A DNA stretch of 64,000 bases, taken from positions 1,568,001-1,632,000 of the forward strand of contig OZ245842.1 of assembly GCA_965228895.1 (NCBI GenBank), written 5' to 3'. The number at the start of each line of letters is the position of its first letter. Position 1 is the stretch's first letter. A model generated the notes under the pieces. The model saw nothing but the letters and a program-made list of their open reading frames with translations, had not been told where the DNA came from and did no database searches. Shown here piece by piece: positions 57,140 to 64,000 of this stretch. The translations under genes were made by a program, and so were the position numbers. The DNA comes from Alphaproteobacteria bacterium. Its GTDB lineage: Bacteria; Pseudomonadota; Alphaproteobacteria; SP197.

Positions 57140-57474
57140 GAGTTCCCCTTATTGTTGGTCGCCAACACACCCAATCAGGCAGGTGAGAGCGGCCTTAACG
57201 CGCACATTCATCTGATGGGTCTATTCTACCTATTTCGACAGGACTCGCCCACGCGGAGGGACGCTTATTCTGGATATGATTCGTGTAATGCGGAGTAATT
57301 TGTACTACTTTAGTGGTATTCGTTAACGAGTAGTGAGGCGGCGCGCACCGGTTATCTCGTCGTTGTCACGCTGCGCACGAATCATGATCCGGGCCGGGTA
57401 GGGCGCCACTTGACGATGACTCATTGGCGATGAAAAAGCCTGGGTCGCGATTTCTGTTGGGGATGTAGGGTTCT

Positions 57475-58806
57475 TTGCCGATGCCGGACAACGACGATCG
57501 GACAGTGGCGCGTAGGTCTTCCGACTCCCTGGGAGCGGCCAACGAGCACGAAGGCTGGAACTTCAAGGTCCTCGTTCTGCAAGGGACGGCAACGGACCTC
57601 AGCCGCGTCTTCGCGAGCCCGAAGCTTGTCTTGCCCTATCTCTACATCGCGCTGGGCGCGCCGGTCGTGTTTGCCGGCCTGCTAATCCCTATCGTGCAAG
57701 TCGCGCGCATGCTGACACAGCTTGTTACGGCACCGCGCATCTCATCGGCAACGGCGCGTAAGTGGTTCATGGTGTTCGGCACGATGATCGCGATTGCCGC
57801 GCTCATCGTCATTGCGATCGCGGCACGGCAACAGCAGACGCTTTCTTTGGCTCTTCTCTTCTTGCTGGTCGCCGGTGTGCTGGGTGTGGGGCAGGGATTA
57901 AACACCTTGGCGCTACAGACGATGCTGCGCCACATCATGACCAGAGACCGTCAGAACAGGCTGCTGTTGGTCCAACAGATCATCGGCGGCGTGCTTGCCA
58001 TCGCGATCGCGGCGGGTTCCGTCTTCTGGTTCGATTTCGGTGATCCTCTGACAAGCCACATATCGCTTCTTTGGATCGGTATTGGCGCCGCGCTCATCGC
58101 GACGATCGTGACCATGGCCGTGCGCGAGTACCACGGCGCTCGCGACACGCCCGTTGCGCCAGCCGAACCTGCGGACCGAATGCCAGCGCCCAGTCTCCTG
58201 CACGGGTTCGGTCTTTTGCGGCGGCTGCGGTGGTTTCGCCAGTTCTGCATCCTCAGATGCCTGTTGCTGTCGGTCGAACTGGCGATGCCGTTCTATGCCA
58301 TCCATGCCGCGTTGCCTCACGGCAACAAGACGGGGACGCTGCACTCCTTCGTCATCGCATCAAGTCTGGGCATGGTGGTGTCCGGAATCATTTGGCGCAA
58401 TCAGACGCGCTGGCCGTTGCGTTACTCGATCTTCGCATCGGCGCTGATCGCAGGCTCCGCAGCCGTTGCCGCCATCGTGATCGAAATCGTCTCGGGGGAC
58501 TCGATCCACTACCTCTGGCACATGACCGTATTTTTCCTGATTGCCTTGGCGGCAAAGGGTACGGGCGTGGCGCGACAAGTCTATCTGTTGTCGGCATCAT
58601 CGAAAGCTGATGCCGCCTATCATGTCTCCGTCAGCAATGCGATTACCGGCGTCGTCGCAATCGCGTTCGCCTTCATCCTTGGCGTCCTCGCTCACGTTGG
58701 CCATGCAATCTGGCCAATTCTCATCTTGCTGGCGCTCAATCTAACTACGGCGGCGTACGCGCTTAGCCTGCCGACCGAACATCGTGCTGCTGCGGAGACG
58801 TCATAG
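57475..58806 (+). CDS. MFS-type transporter
   Basis: About 12 TM helices; LVLP, GLLIP, LAMPFY motifs. Confidence 0.75.
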   Translation: MPMPDNDDRTVARRSSDSLGAANEHEGWNFKVLVLQGTATDLSRVFASPKLVLPYLYIALGAPVVFAGLLIPIVQVARMLTQLVTAPRISSATARKWFMVFGTMIAIAALIVIAIAARQQQTLSLALLFLLVAGVLGVGQGLNTLALQTMLRHIMTRDRQNRLLLVQQIIGGVLAIAIAAGSVFWFDFGDPLTSHISLLWIGIGAALIATIVTMAVREYHGARDTPVAPAEPADRMPAPSLLHGFGLLRRLRWFRQFCILRCLLLSVELAMPFYAIHAALPHGNKTGTLHSFVIASSLGMVVSGIIWRNQTRWPLRYSIFASALIAGSAAVAAIVIEIVSGDSIHYLWHMTVFFLIALAAKGTGVARQVYLLSASSKADAAYHVSVSNAITGVVAIAFAFILGVLAHVGHAIWPILILLALNLTTAAYALSLPTEHRAAAETS

Positions 58807-58828
58807 CGCGACCTAACCTCGATTTGCT

Positions 58829-59209
58829 CTATGGGCACGGCCAGCGGTGCTGGATGGCGTTGAACAAAGACGAGATCGCGTAGTTCTCCATCTGCTCGGG
58901 AAAGGCGCGCAGATAGTTCGTCCACGCCAGCACGATCTCCAGCGTCGCCGCGCTTTGCGGCAGACAGAACGGCGTCAGGCCCAGGCCCTGGTGAATGATG
59001 ATGGTGTCGCCGACGCCGCGCACATAAGACGAGCAGGCGACCATCTCCGTCCACATGTCCGGCGTGATATCGCTGGTGTCTTCGGTGATCACATAGTCGG
59101 CGAAGTCGACGCAGCCCTGATAGAAGTAGGACGCCGTCTGGCCTTCCTCCTGCGCGGCCGCGCTGAGCGGGAGCGACAGAAAGAGGAATATCAGGACTGC
59201 TCTGACCAT
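58829..59209 (-). CDS. Rap1a/Tai family immunity-like exported protein
   Basis: Signal peptide; C..C.SYVRGV.D, FCLP, YLRAFPE, terminal WPC pattern; AGGAG RBS. Confidence 0.7.
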   Translation of the reverse strand: MVRAVLIFLFLSLPLSAAAQEEGQTASYFYQGCVDFADYVITEDTSDITPDMWTEMVACSSYVRGVGDTIIIHQGLGLTPFCLPQSAATLEIVLAWTNYLRAFPEQMENYAISSLFNAIQHRWPCP

Positions 59210-59339
59210 GCGTTCCGTCTCCTGGGTCCAAAGCCATTGCCAAAGCATAAGGTGAGCAAGACCATAGGACCATTCTCACGAACAACCCACGCGCGGCCAT
59301 GGCTGGTGTTCCGGTTGTTCCCAGCTTAGGAGGCCAGAT

Positions 59340-59699
59340 ATGACGGATTGCCGCTTATGCCGTGCCGAAGCGCTGGAGCAGGACCCCAAGGGCCTGGCGA
59401 AGCTGATCGCGTTTCCCACCCCGGTCTTCGAGGGCCACCAGGTCGTCATGACCGCCGCCCACCACGAGCGCGCCGAGGACGTCAGCCCCGAGGAATGGCA
59501 TGCGGTCGGTAGCCTGGTCGGCGCCATGAACGCGCGTCTACGGCAGGAGCCCGGCTTCGAGCGCTGCTACCTTTTGGCCATCGGCGACGCCGATGGCCAC
59601 CAGCTCCATATGCACGTGGTCCCGAGGTTCGAGGGCGACCCGCCGCTCGGCCCGCACATCTTCGGCCCGGACGGCTGGATCGCCGGCCGCTCGTCGTAG
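59340..59699 (+). CDS. HIT-like family protein
   Basis: DCRLC, GHQVV, HH, QLHMHVVPRF.GD; AGGAGG RBS. Confidence 0.8.
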   Translation: MTDCRLCRAEALEQDPKGLAKLIAFPTPVFEGHQVVMTAAHHERAEDVSPEEWHAVGSLVGAMNARLRQEPGFERCYLLAIGDADGHQLHMHVVPRFEGDPPLGPHIFGPDGWIAGRSS

Positions 59700-59941
59700 G
59701 CGAACGACCGGGCGCCTCGTCAGCCTCGGGCTTGCCGAGATCCTGTTATCCGAGGGGCCTACTAAGCTCGCAGGCCAAAGCCCCGTTCGCTGTGTGCTGG
59801 CGCTGAACTGACTCTAATGTCAGTGCGATCCGGCGCTTAAGAAGCACGGCATCAGCTGAAGAATGAAGACCGCACTTTCGTGACAACGTCAGTTCGTTCG
59901 CTAGAATGCATCATCAACGTGAACCCGTTGGGAGGAATGAG

Positions 59942-60415
59942 ATGATGATGTCGCGTGCTTCGATGGTTCGTTGTCTTGCCAGTGTTGCCTTCGTTGTTGC
60001 TGCGCTGTCTGGGCAGGTCATGGCACAGGATCGGGCGACGGCCGAAGAGGCTCAGGCCATGGTAGCCGACGCCATTGCCTATTATGACGCCAACGGTGAC
60101 ATGGCGACCTTCGAAATGATCAACGCCGACAACCCGCGATTTCATCGAAACGATCTCTATGTCTTTGTCATCGCCGACAGCGGGATGGCCCATGCCCACC
60201 CGGTCAAAAATGAACTGGTCGGCAAAGATTTGACGACACTTGAAGATGCCAATGGAAAGCGCTTCATCGAAGAGTTTATCGAAGTCGCGGGGGCCGATGG
60301 CGCGTGGGTAGATTATGTATGGGAAGATCCGACCAGCGGCGAAATTGAAGACAAATCAAGCTGGGTCGTGTTGCATGACGGCTACATCTTCGGCGCCGGC
60401 ATCTACAAACCTTAA
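59942..60415 (+). CDS. Stand-alone single Cache domain periplasmic protein
   Basis: Signal peptide; ATAEEAQAMV, DLYVFV, AHP, DANGK, WVDYVW, K.SWV, GAGIY. Confidence 0.85.
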   Translation: MMMSRASMVRCLASVAFVVAALSGQVMAQDRATAEEAQAMVADAIAYYDANGDMATFEMINADNPRFHRNDLYVFVIADSGMAHAHPVKNELVGKDLTTLEDANGKRFIEEFIEVAGADGAWVDYVWEDPTSGEIEDKSSWVVLHDGYIFGAGIYKP

Positions 60416-60556
60416 CCGGCTAAAATTGATAAGCCTCTACCGGTTAGCAATGACGGGCGGGTTTGGAAAAACGCCATAGCGAGCCGGCTGAGTTGCACGT
60501 TCCCGCGCTGTTCTGCGCTGAAACTGCAACTCATCACGTTTGGCGATGTTGGAGAA

Positions 60557-60572
60557 CCGCAGGTTTCTGCGG
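60557..60572 (-). terminator. Short hairpin immediately downstream of tRNA-Thr
   Basis: CCGCAG-GTTT-CTGCGG, 6 nt from the CCA end. Confidence 0.4.
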
Positions 60573-60578
60573 AAGAAA

Positions 60579-60653
60579 TGGTGCCGCCGCTCAGGATTGA
60601 ACTGAGGACCTCACCCTTACCAAGGGTGCGCTCTACCACTGAGCTACGGCGGC
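60579..60653 (-). tRNA. tRNA-Thr(GGT)
   Basis: GCCGCCG acceptor stem, AGCTCAGTGGTAGAGC D-arm, CACCC-TTGGTAA-GGGTG anticodon arm, TTCAA T-loop, encoded CCA. Confidence 0.98.
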
Positions 60654-60720
60654 ATTGTGAGGCGGCGGGGAACCTGCCACAGTGCCCCGAACGACGCAAT
60701 TACAACATCCAAGGGCTGTG

Positions 60721-60894
60721 ATGGCCGACAAAAAGCCGGCGGAGAGCGCCGGGAAGGGTACCGCTGACGATCGCGAGGCGCGGTTGGCCGCGGCCTTGCG
60801 CGAGAACTTGCGCCGTCGCAAGAGCCAAACCCGGGAACGCGAACCAGGTTCTGAAGCCGCCGAGAGCCCCGGGCGACCGCCTGCAAGGTCCTAG
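60721..60894 (+). CDS. Small basic hypothetical protein upstream of murA
   Basis: REARLAAALRENLRRRK motif, which I recall from small alphaproteobacterial proteins at this locus; AAGGG RBS. Confidence 0.7.
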   Translation: MADKKPAESAGKGTADDREARLAAALRENLRRRKSQTREREPGSEAAESPGRPPARS

Positions 60895-61066
60895 ACTCTA
60901 GCTATCGTGCGGCTTTCCAGGATTTGTGGACGTGTGACGGCCGGCAATTGCGGTCGGCGCCCGCATCGCTTACAACCCCGGCCATGGTTCCGCCCCAACC
61001 GCCCACGATCGTGGGCGGTCTCACGGAACGGGCCGCCGGCAGGTGGGCGGCGGATTGGGGAGTTGG

Positions 61067-62332
61067 ATGCTGGATAAGATCAGGATTTCAGGCGGCGCGC
61101 GCCTGAAGGGGGAAATCGTGGTGGCGGGTGCCAAAAACGCGGCACTCAAGCTGATGGTCGCCTCGCTTCTGACCGATAAGCCGCTGGTGCTCGAGAACGT
61201 GCCTTATCTGGCCGATGTCGACGCGCTGGAGCAAGTCCTGGACGAACTCGGCGTCCAGACAGCACGCGACGGCGATGGCGCCATGACGCTCTCGGCGGCG
61301 GCCATCCGCTCGACCACCGCGTCCTATGATCTCGTGCGCAAGATGCGTGCTTCGGTCCTGGTTTTCGGTCCGCTTCTGGCGCGCTGCGGCAAAGCCCGGG
61401 TGTCGCTGCCCGGCGGCTGTGCCATCGGCACCCGACCCGTCGACCTGCACATCAGGGGTTTCGAGGCGATGGGCGCCAGGATCGACCTGGATGACGGCTA
61501 TATGGTCGGCGCCGCGCCTGACGGTTTGAAAGGCGCGACGATTGCTTTCCCCTATGTCTCGGTTGGCGCCACCGAACACCTGATGATGGCGGCGACCCTG
61601 GCCGACGGTGAGACCGTGCTGGAGAACGCCGCGCGCGAACCGGAGATCGCCGACCTCGCCCAATGCCTCAATGCCATGGGCGCCCACGTGAGCGGCGCCG
61701 GCAGTCCGACCATACGGATAGAGGGCGTCGAGCGGCTCGACGGCACGCGCCACCGCGTGCTGCCCGACCGTATCGAGACCGGTACTTATGCGATGGCCGC
61801 GGCCCTGACCGATGGCGAACTGCATCTGGTCGGCGGCCAGGGCGGTGAGCTCGCCGCCGTTGTCGACACGCTGACCGCCTGCGGCGCGGATATTGCCGTC
61901 AGCAACCGCGGCATGACGGTGAAGCGCGCCAACGGTGAGCTGAAGGCTGGCGACATCACGACCGAACCTTATCCGGGTTTCCCGACCGATTTGCAGGCCC
62001 AGTTCATGGCGTTGATGGCGACGGCCGACGGCACGTCCCACATTGCCGAAACGATTTTCGAGAACCGCTTCATGCATGTGCCCGAACTCGCGCGTATGGG
62101 CGCTGACATCACTGTCAACGGTGGCACGGCGATGGTGCGTGGTGTCGAGACGCTGACCGGTGCCCCGGTCATGGCGACCGACCTGCGCGCTTCGGTCTCG
62201 CTGGTTCTGGCCGGTTTGGCGGCCGAGGGCGAGACCACCATCAACCGGGTCTATCACCTCGACCGCGGCTATGAATGCCTGGTCGAGAAACTCGCCGCAT
62301 GCGGCGCGCGCATTGATAGGGTAGCGACGTGA
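61067..62332 (+). CDS. murA: UDP-N-acetylglucosamine 1-carboxyvinyltransferase
   Basis: [55 protein letters not shown]. Confidence 0.98.
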   Translation: MLDKIRISGGARLKGEIVVAGAKNAALKLMVASLLTDKPLVLENVPYLADVDALEQVLDELGVQTARDGDGAMTLSAAAIRSTTASYDLVRKMRASVLVFGPLLARCGKARVSLPGGCAIGTRPVDLHIRGFEAMGARIDLDDGYMVGAAPDGLKGATIAFPYVSVGATEHLMMAATLADGETVLENAAREPEIADLAQCLNAMGAHVSGAGSPTIRIEGVERLDGTRHRVLPDRIETGTYAMAAALTDGELHLVGGQGGELAAVVDTLTACGADIAVSNRGMTVKRANGELKAGDITTEPYPGFPTDLQAQFMALMATADGTSHIAETIFENRFMHVPELARMGADITVNGGTAMVRGVETLTGAPVMATDLRASVSLVLAGLAAEGETTINRVYHLDRGYECLVEKLAACGARIDRVAT

Positions 62333-62784
62333 TGAAAGAAGACGTTCTGAAGATCAAGGCGGACGATGACGAGGACCTGGAGGTCTTCGCCACCATGCTG
62401 CAGGACGCGCCGATGCCGCTGGCCGAGGTGACGTATCTCGACGACGAAAAGCGTTTCGCCGCCTTGTTTCATCGCTACTGCTACGAGCACGAGCATGACC
62501 CGACCTGGAAGGATGGCATATGCCAGGTCGACTGCGCGCTGATCTTCGAGAACGTCGAAAACGCCCAGGCGTGGGATATCGGCGGGCTGGGCGGCGAAGG
62601 CACCGTCGAGTTGATGACCATCGTTTCAGACGCTGAAGAGGGCGGCGGCATCATCATTACGCTGGTGTTTCACGGCGGCGGCCACATCCGTCTGGAGGCC
62701 GGAGCAATCGAAGGCCGGCTTCACGACATCGGCACGCCGCAGCACACCAAGCGCATGCCGCGCCACACGCCGGTGATCGGCTAA
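62332..62784 (+). CDS. DUF2948 family protein
   Basis: LKIKADD.EDLEV.A.MLQDA, L.FHGGG.IRLE, L.DIG.P; coupled to the murA stop. Confidence 0.8.
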   Translation: MKEDVLKIKADDDEDLEVFATMLQDAPMPLAEVTYLDDEKRFAALFHRYCYEHEHDPTWKDGICQVDCALIFENVENAQAWDIGGLGGEGTVELMTIVSDAEEGGGIIITLVFHGGGHIRLEAGAIEGRLHDIGTPQHTKRMPRHTPVIG

Positions 62785-62802
62785 GAACAGCCGCGATCGC
62801 CC

Positions 62803-63294
62803 ATGACGGTGTCTGACGAGGCGGCCCGCTACCACATCACCGATATCAAGCTCGAAGACCGGCTGGTCGTGCGCCGAAGTCCGGAGATCGAGCACGAGAT
62901 GGGTGTGGCGATCTATGACCTCTTAGAGCAGAACTATTTTGCTCCCGTCGGCGACATGAGCGGGCCTTACCATGTCGAGCTCTCGATCCGCGATGCCCGC
63001 ACCCTGGTCTTTGCCATCATGACCGAGGCCGACGAACCGCTGGGCGAGGTCATGCTGACGCTGACCCCGTTCCGCCGCATCGTCAAAGACTACTTCACGG
63101 TCTGCGAGAGCTATTTTGACGCGATCAAGGATGCGCCGGCATCGCGCATCGAGGCGCTTGATATGGGCCGACGCGGGTTGCACAACGATGGCGCGGACCT
63201 TCTGCGCGAAAATCTGAAGGGCAAGATCGACATCGACGAGGAAACCGCCCGGCGGCTGTTCACGCTGGTCTGTGTCCTGCACATCCGGGCCTAG
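62803..63294 (+). CDS. UPF0262 family protein
   Basis: EHE..VAIYDLLEQN.F, VKDYF..CESY, IEALDMGRRGLHN, TARRLFTL. Confidence 0.9.
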   Translation: MTVSDEAARYHITDIKLEDRLVVRRSPEIEHEMGVAIYDLLEQNYFAPVGDMSGPYHVELSIRDARTLVFAIMTEADEPLGEVMLTLTPFRRIVKDYFTVCESYFDAIKDAPASRIEALDMGRRGLHNDGADLLRENLKGKIDIDEETARRLFTLVCVLHIRA

Positions 63295-63297
63295 CGC

Positions 63298-63750
63298 ATG
63301 ATCGAACTGCCCGGCGCGGTGTTGTTTGTCTGCAACTACAACGCCATTCGCTCCCCGATGGCCGAAGGACTGTTGAAGTCACGGCTGGGGCACCGGGTGT
63401 TTGTCGATTCCGTCGGTGTCCGCCATAGCGACGAAGCCGATCCGTTCATGGTCGCGGCGATGGATGAAATCGGCATCGACATGAGCCGGCACCGGCCCAA
63501 GACGTTCGAGGACCTGGAAGACGAGAGTGAGGCTTTTGATCTTGTCGTGACCTTGTCGCCGGCGGCCCAGCACCGCGCGCTGGAACTGACCCGTTATGCC
63601 TCGCTCGACGTTGAGTACTGGACGACGTTCGATCCCTCGACCGTCGAAGGCAGCCGCGAGGTGCGTTTGGATGCCTATCGCAGCATGCGTGATCTGCTCG
63701 ACAAACGTATCCACGAACGCTTCCCGGTCGAGACGGCGCCCCATGTCTGA
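63298..63750 (+). CDS. Low-molecular-weight phosphatase/arsenate reductase family protein
   Basis: VLFVCNYNAIRSPMAE (CX5R), W...DP. Confidence 0.9.
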   Translation: MIELPGAVLFVCNYNAIRSPMAEGLLKSRLGHRVFVDSVGVRHSDEADPFMVAAMDEIGIDMSRHRPKTFEDLEDESEAFDLVVTLSPAAQHRALELTRYASLDVEYWTTFDPSTVEGSREVRLDAYRSMRDLLDKRIHERFPVETAPHV

Positions 63751-63844
63751 CGTCGCCGCGCGCGAGACAAAGAACAGAATTGCCTTGATTTCGCGGCATG
63801 TGGGACCCATGTTCGCCGCGGTTTTTTCTCAATGACGAGGGCTT

Positions 63845-64000
63845 ATGGGTAAGGAAGACGTAATCGAGATGACGGGCACGGTCACCGAACTGCTGCCCAA
63901 CGCCATGTTTCGCGTCAAGCTGGACAACGATCATGAGATCCTGGCGCATACATCAGGCAAGATGCGCAAGAACCGCATCCGCGTTCTGTCGGGCGACAAG
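63845..64000 (+). CDS. infA: Translation initiation factor IF-1 (3' end lies outside the window)
   Basis: Own translation: [52 protein letters not shown]; GAGG RBS; absent from the ORF track. Confidence 0.97.
   Translation, partial: MGKEDVIEMTGTVTELLPNAMFRVKLDNDHEILAHTSGKMRKNRIRVLSGDK

Noticed and set aside
57140-57470. AT-richer spacer as a CtrA site or small RNA
   Set aside because: No TTAA-N7-TTAA match, and only short palindromes (e.g. TCGTTAACGA)

Overview
GC-rich bacterial chromosomal segment, most likely from an alphaproteobacterium (inferred from gapR, DUF2948/UPF0262 next to murA and infA, a fixR-like SDR and the xseB-ispA-dxs-tlyA order). It is densely coding, with about 65 CDS, one tRNA-Thr(GGT) and a TPP riboswitch ahead of thiBPQ. 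Housekeeping blocks (pdxH, cbpA/cbpM, fabI, aroC, dxs operon, murA-infA) alternate with catabolic and accessory genes. I saw no transposase, integrase or CRISPR array. Most notable observations: (1) a split flavin-monooxygenase system with two HpaB-family paralogues 17 kb apart that share an upstream LysR-type box, plus a flavin reductase fused to an HTH-less LysR effector domain; (2) three copies of a palindromic intergenic element with co-varying 24-28 bp arms and an invariant 15-nt loop that appears flipped in one copy; (3) an RND pump / oxidoreductase / Ntn-acylase / GH3 amide-synthetase gene run; (4) a kinase gene with no canonical start codon; (5) a 60-bp, 30% GC patch inside a GC-rich oxygenase gene. 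All family calls come from motifs recognised by eye; no database search was run.
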